A stretch of DNA of 64,000 bases from Sphingomonadaceae bacterium. Its GTDB lineage: Bacteria > Chloroflexota > UBA6077. The number at the start of each line of letters is the position of its first letter. Position 1 is the first letter of the stretch. Below the pieces are notes generated by a model that was not told where the DNA came from, searched no databases, and worked only from the letters and a program-made list of their open reading frames with translations. Shown piece by piece: positions 18,208 to 27,408 of this stretch. The stretch is taken from NCBI GenBank assembly GCA_050261575.1, contig JBLNDL010000058.1:1-64000 (forward strand), read 5' to 3'. Position numbers and translations under genes: made by a program.

Positions 18208-18336
18208 CTACTTGAGCTTCTGCTTCGTCTTCTCGGTCACGTCCTTGGCCTTCTCCTCGGTCTTCTCACCGCCGACCTTGGCCTTGGACTTCGCCTTCTC
18301 CATCGTCTCCTTGGTCTTCTGACCTATCTTCGCCAT
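18208..18336 (-). CDS. 42-aa Lys/Glu-rich hydrophilin (CsbD/LEA-like small stress protein)
   Basis: GAGGAG RBS; MAKIGQKTKETMEKAKSKAKVGGEKTEEKAKDVTEKTKQKLK*; GC3-rich codons; below the ORF-track cutoff. Confidence 0.75.
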   Translation of the reverse strand: MAKIGQKTKETMEKAKSKAKVGGEKTEEKAKDVTEKTKQKLK

Positions 18337-18378
18337 CGGTCTTCTCCTCATCCCATCTGTCGATCCACGATGCAGCCC

Positions 18379-18705
18379 TTACACTTCTCTCCTGCGTCCG
18401 CCCTTGAACAGCAGCTCCACCACGAAGGCCAGGATGATGGCACCCAGTAGAGCCGGGATTATGGCGATACCGGCAATCTCCGGCCCCACCTTGCCAAGTA
18501 GAGCCGTGCCCAACCAGCTACCCACCAGGCCGGCCAGGATCGCCCCCAGCCATCCCCAGGGCAATCGTCCCGGCACAATGACGTCCGCCAGCCACCCGAC
18601 GAGTCCGGCGATGATAAGGGTGACGATGACCCCTAGGATGTTGGCTGTGAGCCCGAACAAGAGAATGACCAGCAGGACCAGCAGCACCACCAGCACTATC
18701 GGCAT
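18379..18705 (-). CDS. GlsB/YeaQ/YmgE (transglycosylase-associated) stress membrane protein
   Basis: IIAGLVGWLADVIVPG...ILAGLVGSWLG...IIPALLGAIIL; GGGAG RBS before ATG 18705. Confidence 0.88.
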   Translation of the reverse strand: MPIVLVVLLVLLVILLFGLTANILGVIVTLIIAGLVGWLADVIVPGRLPWGWLGAILAGLVGSWLGTALLGKVGPEIAGIAIIPALLGAIILAFVVELLFKGGRRREV

Positions 18706-18761
18706 GGCACTCGCTCCCTTCTTCCCAATTCCGTTGGTCTTACGCTCGGGCGGCGTGCCAA

Positions 18762-18827
18762 GCGGGTATCTCCAGCGCTCGTCGGCTTCTCCGGCGGGAA
18801 ACGCGTGGTCCATCCAGGAATACCTGC
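18762..18827. mobile_element. ~66-bp MITE-like repeat, copy A (diverged)
   Basis: GCGGGTATCTCCAG...GCTTCTCCGGCGGGAAACGCG...CCAGGAATACCTGC; aligns with the copies at 33626, 34423, 39358 and 56995. Confidence 0.7.
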
Positions 18828-18853
18828 TCAGCGTGGCCGGAACAACGCTTGAG

Positions 18854-18869
18854 AGCACGGCCTATGCCA
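18854..18869 (-). promoter_or_regulatory. Sigma54-like -24/-12 motif upstream of the glsB-like gene
   Basis: TGGCATAGGCCGTGCT (GG-N10-GC). Confidence 0.35.
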
Positions 18870-18894
18870 ACGATTGGGGGGATCGTGGGGACGC

Positions 18895-18957
18895 GCCCTC
18901 CGGAGGCGAGGCCTCCGGAGGGCACAGGTAGGGGCCGACCGGCCGGTCGGCCCCTAT
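18895..18957. repeat. Paired palindromes including a GTAG-headed REP-like hairpin; possible trxA terminator
   Basis: GCCCTCCGGAGGC-GAG-GCCTCCGGAGGGC, then GTAGGGGCCGACCGGCCGGTCGGCCCCTAT. Confidence 0.6.
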
Positions 18958-18995
18958 CGAGAGACACTATTGGATGGCGACTCTCTGGCAGGCCT

Positions 18996-19331
18996 TCAGA
19001 CCGTGGCCTCCAGGTGGGGAGCCAGCGACTTCATCAGCCGATCCTTGGGGGTGTAGCCGACGATCCGCTGCACCGGCTTGCCTTCCTTGAACAAGATCAG
19101 CGTTGGGATGCTGATTACGCCGAACTTCCGAGCCGTCGACATGTTGCCGTCGACGTCCAGCTTGGCCACCGCCAGCTTCCCTTCCTGCTCCGCCGCAACC
19201 TCTTTTAGCACCGGAGCAATCATCTTGCAGGGGCTGCACCACTCTGCCCAGAAATCCACCAACACGGGCAGCTTCGACTCCAGAACCTCTGCGTCGAATG
19301 TGGCATCGGTCACCACAATGGGTTCAGCCAT
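18996..19331 (-). CDS. trxA: Thioredoxin
   Basis: [21 protein letters not shown]. Confidence 0.96.
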   Translation of the reverse strand: MAEPIVVTDATFDAEVLESKLPVLVDFWAEWCSPCKMIAPVLKEVAAEQEGKLAVAKLDVDGNMSTARKFGVISIPTLILFKEGKPVQRIVGYTPKDRLMKSLAPHLEATV

Positions 19332-19348
19332 ATCTTGGAACGACCTCC

Positions 19349-19633
19349 TTACTTGCGGGACGAGCTCTCGCCCCCTGGGGACATCCGTAGAAACAGAGTA
19401 AGCGCCCTCTCGATGGTGGCCTTCTTCTGCGACGATGAGGCCGTCTCAGCCAGGCACTCCTCCATGTGGTCCGCCATGACGCTGAGCGCGACCTTGTCCA
19501 GGGCTGCACGAGCCGCCATCACCTGAGTGATCACGTCTTCACAGGGCCGGCCCTCCTCCAGCATGCGCTGGATCCCTTTGACCTGCCCCTCTATTCGCCT
19601 CAGTCGGGCCGCAATCGCTTCGTTGTCGGCCAA
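19349..19633 (-). CDS. csoR: CsoR/RcnR family metal- or sulfur-sensing repressor
   Basis: [25 protein letters not shown]...DHMEEC (C-H-C fingerprint); GGAGG RBS and TTG 19633. Confidence 0.88.
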   Translation of the reverse strand: MADNEAIAARLRRIEGQVKGIQRMLEEGRPCEDVITQVMAARAALDKVALSVMADHMEECLAETASSSQKKATIERALTLFLRMSPGGESSSRK

Positions 19634-19646
19634 CCTTTCCTCCGCA

Positions 19647-19661
19647 TACCCTCCATGGGTA
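19647..19661. promoter_or_regulatory. CsoR-family operator
   Basis: TACCC-TCCAT-GGGTA inverted repeat between the promoter and the RBS of csoR. Confidence 0.75.
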
Positions 19662-19670
19662 CCTGAAAGC

Positions 19671-19699
19671 ATTCTATACCCGGTGCCAGTTCGTGTCAA
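19671..19699 (-). promoter_or_regulatory. Sigma70 promoter of csoR-trxA
   Basis: TTGACA-N17-TAGAAT. Confidence 0.8.
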
Positions 19700-19783
19700 C
19701 GTCGGCTGCCACGGCACGCAAGTTCCGCTCCCGCCGCCGCCGAGGCCGGAGCGGGCGCCCCCGGCGCCACCCCGCCGCCAGAC

Positions 19784-20692
19784 CTACGCCCGCATCTGCC
19801 CCCGGAGGCGCTCGAGCGCTTGCCGAGCCGTCAGGACCGGCACGGACGGGAAGTCCCGCTTGAACTTATCCATGATCAGTCCGGCCCTCAAGGGTCGCGG
19901 GGCCGGCTGCCGCAGTTCCGGCGTCTTGGTCCGGTCTATCAGCTCCGGGTTCAGTCCGAACAGCCGGGCAGCCATGACTGAGAAGGCATGGCGGTCCAGA
20001 ATGGTGTCGCCCACGGTGTTGTAGATCTCTCCGCGGCGATCCGAGTCGAGGAGGGCCAACAGCATCTGCGCCAGGTTGTCGGCCAGCGTGGGAGAGCCGA
20101 TCTGGTCGTCCACCACCCGGACCCGCTCCCCCCGGCTCAGCCTATCCACGAGCCAGGCGACGAAACTGGGCCGCACGTTGGGGGCGTGGCCGAACAGCAC
20201 GGTGGTGCGACCTATCACCCAATCGGAGCAACGCTGGCGGACGGCATCCTCGCTCTCCAGCTTCGTCCGGCCGTAGTGGCTGATGGGGTGCGGGGTGTCG
20301 TCCTCCGTGTAGGGGCCGCTCTCGCCGTCGAAGACGTACTCCGTGGAGACGTGCACCAGGCGGGCGCCGAACTCGCGGCAGGCGTCGGCGACGTTGGCGG
20401 TGCCGTCCACGTTCACCCGACGCGAGAGTTCGCGCTCGGTCTCGCAGGCATCTACCGCGGTGAAGGCCGCCGTGTGGATCACGGCGTCGGGACGGAGGCG
20501 GGCGATCAGGCCCCGAACGGCCTCCGCATCCGTTATGTCTAACTGGAAGTACGGGAAACCGCCCAGGAAGGCGTTCATCGCCTCGGGCTCCAGAGATGCC
20601 GAGATCGGCTCTCGACCTTCGGCCAGCAGCAGCTCCAGCGTCTTCGTCCCCAGCAACCCGTTTCCGCCGGTCACCAACACTCTCTTGTACAC
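19784..20692 (-). CDS. rfbD: dTDP-4-dehydrorhamnose reductase family SDR
   Basis: TGGNGLLG, HTAAFTAVDACE, STEYVFDG, YGRTK, DDQIGSPT, APRP. Confidence 0.88.
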   Translation of the reverse strand: MYKRVLVTGGNGLLGTKTLELLLAEGREPISASLEPEAMNAFLGGFPYFQLDITDAEAVRGLIARLRPDAVIHTAAFTAVDACETERELSRRVNVDGTANVADACREFGARLVHVSTEYVFDGESGPYTEDDTPHPISHYGRTKLESEDAVRQRCSDWVIGRTTVLFGHAPNVRPSFVAWLVDRLSRGERVRVVDDQIGSPTLADNLAQMLLALLDSDRRGEIYNTVGDTILDRHAFSVMAARLFGLNPELIDRTKTPELRQPAPRPLRAGLIMDKFKRDFPSVPVLTARQALERLRGQMRA

Positions 20693-21008
20693 CGCCTCGA
20701 CCCCATCTCAGTTCTCGGCTCTCGCTTCGGAACCCGATGCTAAGCCACCACCCCTCGGCCTGTCAAACCACGCACTCCACACGACCGTTCTGTCCCCGCG
20801 GTCCGGCCTTGCCTCCACCGGCAGTGGCACCCCCCGAGGCCACCAAGGCCGTCAGGCTGGACGAAGCGAATCATCTCCTCGCGCCGCCGCGGGAAACCCT
20901 TGGCCGACGCCAGTCGTGACGATCCGGGCTCCATCCGCTGGTTCGGCGCCTTTGGAGGACCGCCATCCTCTGCTATACTGCGCGCAGTCCCTCTCAGAGG
21001 TTTCCTGC

Positions 21009-22388
21009 ATGCTCGACCAGACGGAGGCACCCCTGTCCGAACGCGCCCTCTTCCCTACTGTAGCTCGCGGGGAAGCCGTCGGGGCGCTGCTGGCCCTGTC
21101 CGGAACCCTCCTTCTGATCCTGTCCCCCTCCACCGCCCTCTCCGCCGCCTCCCTCGCGCTCCTGGTCGCGGGGCTAGCCCTGCTGCCCGCCCTCGGTCCG
21201 GTCCTGATCGGCCTCGTCCTACCTTTCTACCTCCACCCGAAGCCGCTCGGCTCCATGGAGTTCTCCCTCCCCGAGCTGATCCTGCTGAGCGGCGTCCTGG
21301 GGGCCAGCATCTACACCCTTCGCCATCGGGGAAGGTTTCGGAGGTCGTTGGCCGGCCTGGCCACCCCGCTCGACGGGCCCGTTGCCATCTTCCTCGCGGC
21401 CGCGCTGCTCTCCCTGCTCGCCAGCGAGGTGCCGCGTGTGAGCCTCCGCGACCTGCGCATCCTCGTACTGGAGCCGGTCGCTGCCTACTACCTCGCAGTC
21501 TGGTTCCTACGAGACAGGAGCGACCTGCTGGCGGTCGCCTCCGCGCTCCTGCTGGGTGGCGCAGCCGCGGCCATCTCCGGACTGTACCAGTACCTCTTCA
21601 CCGATCACGTCGTCGCGGTCGAGGGTGTCAGGCGGGTCCTCGGACCCTACCTGTCGCCCAACCACCTCGGACTCTACCTGGGCCGGTTGCTCCCGATCGC
21701 GGTGGCGCTGCTGCTGTTCCTCCCCCGCGTCCGGATCCCCGCCGCCCTCCTGTCGGCGACGCTCGCCGCCGCGCTGCTGCTCACCTTCTCCGTGGGCTCC
21801 TGGCTGGCCTCCGCCGTGGCACTCCTGGCCGTCGCCCTGCTCCGGCGCCCTAGGACCGCGTTCGCCCTGGCAGGGGCCTTTGCCCTCCTGCTGGTGGCCG
21901 CTGCACCGGTGCTGAGACTGGAGAGGATCGCCTCGCATTTCAGCCTCAGCGGAGGCACCAGCTTCTTGCGGTTGCGGCTCTGGGAGTCCTCCCTGCAGAT
22001 GATCCGCGACCACCCGCTGCTGGGGGTGGGCATGGACAACTTCCTCTACCACTACCGCACCGCCTACATGCTGCCCGAGGCGGCCGCTGAACCGAACCTC
22101 TCCCACCCCCACAACCTGATACTGAACTTCTGGCTTCAGATGGGGATCCTCGGCCTGGCGTCCGTGGTGTGGCTCCTGTACGGGCTGGCCCGCCTCTGGC
22201 TCCGACTGTGGCACACGGCCCTCGATCCGGTGGGGCGGGCGCTCTTGGCGGGGATCGCAGGGGCCACCGTCGACCTGGTGGTGCACGGGATGGTCGATAA
22301 CTCCTACTTCCTCGTGGACCTCGCCTTCCACTTCTGGCTCTGCGCGGCTGCGGTCGTCATACTGGATAAGCTCCGCCCTCAGCCCTAA
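21009..22388 (+). CDS. O-antigen ligase/Wzy_C family polytopic membrane protein
   Basis: About 12 TM segments; YLSPNHLG, R..LW..SL.MIRDHPLLGVG, HPHN. TGcTATACT at 20971. Confidence 0.87.
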   Translation: MLDQTEAPLSERALFPTVARGEAVGALLALSGTLLLILSPSTALSAASLALLVAGLALLPALGPVLIGLVLPFYLHPKPLGSMEFSLPELILLSGVLGASIYTLRHRGRFRRSLAGLATPLDGPVAIFLAAALLSLLASEVPRVSLRDLRILVLEPVAAYYLAVWFLRDRSDLLAVASALLLGGAAAAISGLYQYLFTDHVVAVEGVRRVLGPYLSPNHLGLYLGRLLPIAVALLLFLPRVRIPAALLSATLAAALLLTFSVGSWLASAVALLAVALLRRPRTAFALAGAFALLLVAAAPVLRLERIASHFSLSGGTSFLRLRLWESSLQMIRDHPLLGVGMDNFLYHYRTAYMLPEAAAEPNLSHPHNLILNFWLQMGILGLASVVWLLYGLARLWLRLWHTALDPVGRALLAGIAGATVDLVVHGMVDNSYFLVDLAFHFWLCAAAVVILDKLRPQP

Positions 22389-22574
22389 CCCAAGGCCCCC
22401 TCCAGCCCGAACCCCTCGTCTTTCTCCGTTCGTCCGAATCGAGTAAACTAGTGCGGGCCTGCCGGCACCGCTGCCTGGGTCCTTCGCCACATGGTCGGTG
22501 TCGTGGGCCACGCTTTGGAGTGCCCCAAGTCCTTCGATCACCCAATCCGGTCGAGCCGGAGACGGAGGTTTACC

Positions 22575-23519
22575 TTGCGAGTCGTCGTCACCGGCGGCGC
22601 TGGTTTCATCGGCTCCCACCTCTGCGCATACCTGCTAGAGGACGGGCACCAGGTCATCGCCGTCGACAACTTGATCACCGGCAGACGCCGCAACATCGCC
22701 CAGCTTCTGGGCCACCCAGCCTTCTCTTTCGTGGAGCATGACGTCGTGCAGCCCCTCGACCTGCCTGCCGACGCGATCTTCCACCTCGCCAGCCCAGCCA
22801 GCCCCAAAGGCTACATGGGGTTCCCTGTCGAGACAGCGCTGGTGAACTCCCAGGGCACCTACCAGCTACTCGAGTTGGCCAGGCGGAACGGCGCCAGCTT
22901 CCTGCTCGCATCCACCTCCGAGGCATACGGCGATCCCCTGGAGCACCCGCAGCAGGAGAGCTATTGGGGCCACGTCAACCCTGTCGGCCCCCGTGCCTGC
23001 TACGACGAGAGCAAGCGCTTCGCTGAGGCCCTCACCATGACCTACGTCCGGACCCACGATCTCAACGCCAGGATCATCCGGATCTTCAACACCTACGGGC
23101 CCCATTCTGATCCCGACGACGGGCGCATCGTCCCCAACTTCATCACCCAGGCGCTTTCCGGCAGTGCCATAACTGTGTACGGTGACGGGACTCAAACCAG
23201 AAGCCTCTGCTACGTGGAGGACCTGGTTCGAGGCATCGTTGCGGTGATGTTCAGCGACAGGTTGAAGGGCGAGGTGATCAATCTGGGAAACCCAGAGGAG
23301 CACACCGTCCTGGAGTACGCCAACATCGTGCGGCGGCTCTGCCGGTCCGAGTCGCCCATCGAGTTCCGCCCACTCCCCCAGGATGATCCCACCAGGAGAT
23401 GCCCGGACATCTCCAAGGCAAAAGCCCTGCTCGGCTGGCAACCCCGCGTGGGGCTGGAGGAAGGTTTGGGCCGTACCATCGATTGGTTCAGAGACACCCT
23501 GAGAGAGAACAACGGATGA
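22575..23519 (+). CDS. UDP-glucuronate decarboxylase-like NAD-dependent epimerase/dehydratase
   Basis: TGGAGFIGSH, HLASPASP, ASTSEAYGDP, CYDESKR, RIFNTYGP, DDPTRRCPDI; GGAGG RBS and TTG 22575. Confidence 0.92.
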   Translation: MRVVVTGGAGFIGSHLCAYLLEDGHQVIAVDNLITGRRRNIAQLLGHPAFSFVEHDVVQPLDLPADAIFHLASPASPKGYMGFPVETALVNSQGTYQLLELARRNGASFLLASTSEAYGDPLEHPQQESYWGHVNPVGPRACYDESKRFAEALTMTYVRTHDLNARIIRIFNTYGPHSDPDDGRIVPNFITQALSGSAITVYGDGTQTRSLCYVEDLVRGIVAVMFSDRLKGEVINLGNPEEHTVLEYANIVRRLCRSESPIEFRPLPQDDPTRRCPDISKAKALLGWQPRVGLEEGLGRTIDWFRDTLRENNG

Positions 23520-25093
23520 GTCAGCCCTTGGGCACCTTCAGGGCAATCTCCCCTGTCCTTGTCCGGCTGCCCCACCTCTCGCCGCCACTTTGGATTGCAG
23601 CCATCGCCCTGACGGCTGTGATCGCCGTGCTGCCCGGGCTGTGGAGCCTGGCAGGCGTCGTGGCCGTGGCCGGGGCCCTCCTGCTCTTCGTCAAGCCGGA
23701 GTTGGCCGTCTACCTGCTGACCATGTCGGTGCCGTTGGGAACTCTCCTGATGGAGGCGGATAGGGAGGAGGGCAGTGTCGCGGTCACCCCCACCGAGGCC
23801 ATCATCGCCCTGCTGATCCTCGGGTGGATCGCCCGCTCCCTGGCGCGCAGGCGCCTCGTCGTGGCACTCACTCCCCTCACCATTCCGCTGGTGGCAATGC
23901 TGCTGGTGGTGGCTCTCTCCAGCTTCCACGCCACCAACCCCGTCCTCGCTCTCAAGGAAAGCCTGAAATGGCTCGAGCTTGCGGTGGTGTATCTCTTCAT
24001 CGTAGCCGAGATGGGGACAGCCCGGCAGATCCTGGCCCTGCTGCTGATGCTGCTAGCGGGGGCGCTGATAGAAGCGCTGCTGGGCATCGGACAGTTCTAC
24101 CTGGGATTGGGCCCAGAGTTCTTCGCCATCGGCCGCTTCATGCGCGCCTACGGCACCTTCGACCAGCCCAACCCCTACGCAGGCTACCTGGGGATGCTGA
24201 TCCCACTGGGCGTGGGGCTCCTCCTCACCCGCCCTTCGCCGAGGATACGGTACTACGCACTGGTCGCCACCGGCTTTGCCGTCGCTGCGGTGGGCATGAG
24301 CCTCTCACGGGGGGCATGGCTGGGCATCGGCCTTGGGCTGTTCTCGATGATGCTGTTCTGGAGCAGCCGATCCAGACTGCTGCTCGCCGCGGGGACTCTG
24401 GCCAGCCTGCCGCTGGTGGCTCTGGCATTCCTGAACATCCTGCCGGCCGAACTCTCGGGCCGGCTCGCCACGATGCTGGACTACTTCCGCTTCGTGGACG
24501 TAACTCAAGAGACGGTGACCAGCCAGAACTGGGCGGTGATCGAGCGCGTCGCCCACTGGCAGGCCGCCCTGGATATGTTGGCCGCCTATCCAGTTTTCGG
24601 CGTGGGGGCGGGGAATTACCCCGCGGTCTACGAGTGGTTCCAGGTGCAGGGTTGGGATGAGCCCCTAGGCCACGCCCACAACTTCTACCTCAATATCGCG
24701 GCCGAGACGGGCCTCTTGGGGCTGGCGGTCTACCTCTGCTTCGTCCTCACTGCCCTGATCTCGCCCATGGTGTGGCTGGTGCGATCGGGCCGAGCGCAAC
24801 GTGTGGGGTCCGGCGCCACCGGCGACCCGAGGGCACCAGGCATTGGGGCCAGCGCTGCCCTTAGGGTCTCGAAGCCTCGCTCGCTAGCGTCGAGCCCTGC
24901 CCGCCCAACCCCGTTCCCCGACAACATCTGGCGAGGTGTCATGGTGGGGGCCCTCGGTGCCCTGGTCGCATCCTCGATGCACAACATGTTCGACAGCCTC
25001 TTCGTCCACAGTATGAGCGTCCAGCTCGGAATGATCCTCGCCCTGGCGCAGGTATCCGCCAACGCTCTCTGTGTTGGGAGGCAGCGGCCCTGA
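23516..25093 (+). CDS. O-antigen ligase/Wzy_C family membrane protein
   Basis: RAYGTFDQPNPYAGY, SLSRGAW, R..HW.AAL.M..P.FGVGAGN, HAHN; many TM segments. Confidence 0.88.
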   Translation: MSQPLGTFRAISPVLVRLPHLSPPLWIAAIALTAVIAVLPGLWSLAGVVAVAGALLLFVKPELAVYLLTMSVPLGTLLMEADREEGSVAVTPTEAIIALLILGWIARSLARRRLVVALTPLTIPLVAMLLVVALSSFHATNPVLALKESLKWLELAVVYLFIVAEMGTARQILALLLMLLAGALIEALLGIGQFYLGLGPEFFAIGRFMRAYGTFDQPNPYAGYLGMLIPLGVGLLLTRPSPRIRYYALVATGFAVAAVGMSLSRGAWLGIGLGLFSMMLFWSSRSRLLLAAGTLASLPLVALAFLNILPAELSGRLATMLDYFRFVDVTQETVTSQNWAVIERVAHWQAALDMLAAYPVFGVGAGNYPAVYEWFQVQGWDEPLGHAHNFYLNIAAETGLLGLAVYLCFVLTALISPMVWLVRSGRAQRVGSGATGDPRAPGIGASAALRVSKPRSLASSPARPTPFPDNIWRGVMVGALGALVASSMHNMFDSLFVHSMSVQLGMILALAQVSANALCVGRQRP

Positions 25094-25189
25094 ACCGACC
25101 TGCCCGTTGCAGCGGCCCCCCGAACTCGTTGTGGAGCGTGGGGCCGGAGATGCAACGGCCCATATCCACCCTGGGAGTCGACGGCTTCA

Positions 25190-26239
25190 ATGAGAGATGA
25201 ACGGGCGGCATTGCACGACGGTACGGCCGGGAACGGCGAAGTGGCCCCCGTATCGCTGGAGAGACGATTCTTCGACATCCGCACCCTGGTTTCCTTCGGC
25301 GTGGCCTTCGCGATACTCTACTTTGCCTTCCGCCAGATGGATGTCAACGTGGCCGATATCGTCAGCCACATCTCCGCGGCGAATCCGCTTCTCTATCTGG
25401 CGGCGCTTGTGACCTACTACAGCACATTCCTCTTCCGAAGCCTGCGATGGAAGATCCTCCTGAAGAACGTCGGGTTCGGAGAGTCCAACGGCCATCGCAT
25501 TCCCTCGACCGCTGGCATGGCGGAGATCATCTTCCTGTCCTGGTTCGCCAATTGCATCATGCCAGCCAAGCTGGGCGACGCCTACAGGGCCTATCTGCTG
25601 AAGCGCAACGCCGACGTCTCCTTCTCCAAGACCTTTGGGACCATACTGGCGGAGCGGATAGTCGACCTGCTGCTCACCTTCGTCCTGCTGGCCCTGACCG
25701 GCCTCGTGGCTTTCCGCGGCACGCTGCCCCCCACCATCCTGGTGGGGATGCAGGCATCGATGGGGTTGGTGGCCGCAGTCATCGTCGGGCTGCTGGCGAT
25801 GCGCAACCTGGGATCCCTGATCCGCAAGCTGCTCCCGTCCAGGTTCCGCCGCTACTACGGATCCTTCGAGGAGGGCACCCTCCACTCTTTCCGCCAGATG
25901 CACCTGGTCCTTGCCTACTCGGGCCTGGCGTGGATCGTGGAGGCGGGTCGCCTCTACTTCGTGATCCTCTCCCTGGGCCTGGCGGGGATCAGCTTTCCGG
26001 TGGTGCTGTTCACGGCCATCGCCGGCTCCCTCCTCACGAGCCTACCGGGGACTCCCGCTGGCCTAGGCTTAGTGGAGTCGGTTATCATAGGGATACTCCT
26101 GATTTCCAGCAATCTCGGACTCGTGACCGGAGTAGACGAGGGGCTGGCCACCTCGGTGGCGATCCTGGACCGAACGATCAGCTACTGGAGTCTGGTCGTC
26201 TTCGGCCTGGTTGCCTACATCCTGACGAAGAAGAAGTAA
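25190..26239 (+). CDS. Lysylphosphatidylglycerol synthase TM/UPF0104 flippase-like protein
   Basis: RSLRWKILL, PAKLGDAYRAY, ERIVD, PAGLGLVE, DR.ISYW. Confidence 0.88.
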   Translation: MRDERAALHDGTAGNGEVAPVSLERRFFDIRTLVSFGVAFAILYFAFRQMDVNVADIVSHISAANPLLYLAALVTYYSTFLFRSLRWKILLKNVGFGESNGHRIPSTAGMAEIIFLSWFANCIMPAKLGDAYRAYLLKRNADVSFSKTFGTILAERIVDLLLTFVLLALTGLVAFRGTLPPTILVGMQASMGLVAAVIVGLLAMRNLGSLIRKLLPSRFRRYYGSFEEGTLHSFRQMHLVLAYSGLAWIVEAGRLYFVILSLGLAGISFPVVLFTAIAGSLLTSLPGTPAGLGLVESVIIGILLISSNLGLVTGVDEGLATSVAILDRTISYWSLVVFGLVAYILTKKK

Positions 26240-27378
26240 TGCGAGTTGCCATAGACTACACGGCGGCCATCTACCAGGTCGCCGGCATCGGTCGTTTCGT
26301 TCGCAGCCTGGTGCATGCACTGGCGGAGGTCGATCCAGATACCGAGTACCTGCTGGTATACGCCGACCCTCCCCAGGGGGTCCAGCCGGCCATGCCCGAG
26401 GCCCCCAATTTCGTCCCGAGGCGCATCCCACTGCCCCAGAGGGCTCTGAACGCCGTGTGGCACCGGCTCAGCCTCCCGATCCCAGTGGACCTGGTCATAG
26501 GGCCGGTCGACGTGTTCCATTCGCCCGACTTCGTGCTTCCACCCGTACGGCGGGGAGCCAAGATCCTCACGGTCCACGACCTGGCCTTCCTCCTCCAGCC
26601 CGAGTGCGCCGAGGCGAAGCTGAGGGACTACCTGGAGAAGACGGTGCCGCGATCCGTCGCCCGGGCCGACTTCATCCTGGCGGATTCGGTCAACACCCAG
26701 GACGATCTCATCTGCCTCCTGGGGGTTCCGCCCTCGAGGGTCGAGGTGGTGCCGGGCGGGGTGGACCCTGCTTTCGCCCCGGTGCAGGACGAGGCTCTCC
26801 TGGATCGGGTCCGAGAGCGGGTGAGCGACGGCGCACCCTTCGTCCTCAGCGTCGGGATGATCGAGCCACGCAAGAACCTGGTGCGGCTGATAGAGGCGTT
26901 CGAGTTGCTGAAGGCGCGCTACCACGCTCCCCACAAGCTGGTGCTCGCCGGCAAGAGGGGGTGGCTCTCCGACGGCATATTCCGTCGCGCCGAGGCGTCA
27001 CCAGTCGCCCCCGACATCCGCTTCCCCGGTTTCGTCGCCGAGGCCGAACTCCCCGCGCTGTACAGCGCCTCGGAGCTGCTCGCCTATCCCTCCCTCTACG
27101 AGGGCTTCGGGCTTCCTCCCCTGGAGGCCATGGCGTGCGGAGTGCCGGTGATCGCCTCTTCCAGCTCCTCCCTTCCCGAGGTGGTGGGGGACGCCGCGCT
27201 GCTAGTGGACCCCACGAGCGTGGAGGGGCTCGCCGAGGCAATGGCGAGGGCTCTGGCCGATACGGAGTTCCGACGACGTATGCGGACCAAGGGGCTGGAT
27301 CAGGCCAAACGCTTCACCTGGCGCGCCTCCGCCGAAAAGACCCTGAAGGTATACCGCAGGCTCGGTGCAGGGTCCTGA
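26239..27378 (+). CDS. Glycosyltransferase family 4
   Basis: [35 protein letters not shown]. Confidence 0.93.
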   Translation: MRVAIDYTAAIYQVAGIGRFVRSLVHALAEVDPDTEYLLVYADPPQGVQPAMPEAPNFVPRRIPLPQRALNAVWHRLSLPIPVDLVIGPVDVFHSPDFVLPPVRRGAKILTVHDLAFLLQPECAEAKLRDYLEKTVPRSVARADFILADSVNTQDDLICLLGVPPSRVEVVPGGVDPAFAPVQDEALLDRVRERVSDGAPFVLSVGMIEPRKNLVRLIEAFELLKARYHAPHKLVLAGKRGWLSDGIFRRAEASPVAPDIRFPGFVAEAELPALYSASELLAYPSLYEGFGLPPLEAMACGVPVIASSSSSLPEVVGDAALLVDPTSVEGLAEAMARALADTEFRRRMRTKGLDQAKRFTWRASAEKTLKVYRRLGAGS

Positions 27379-27408
27379 GTGGGTCCAACCCACGAAAAGG
27401 GGGGTCAC

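Noticed and set aside
20343..21008. Long N-terminal extension of the first ligase ORF
   Set aside because: Antisense to rfbD and upstream of a -10 element; ATG 21009 fits better.
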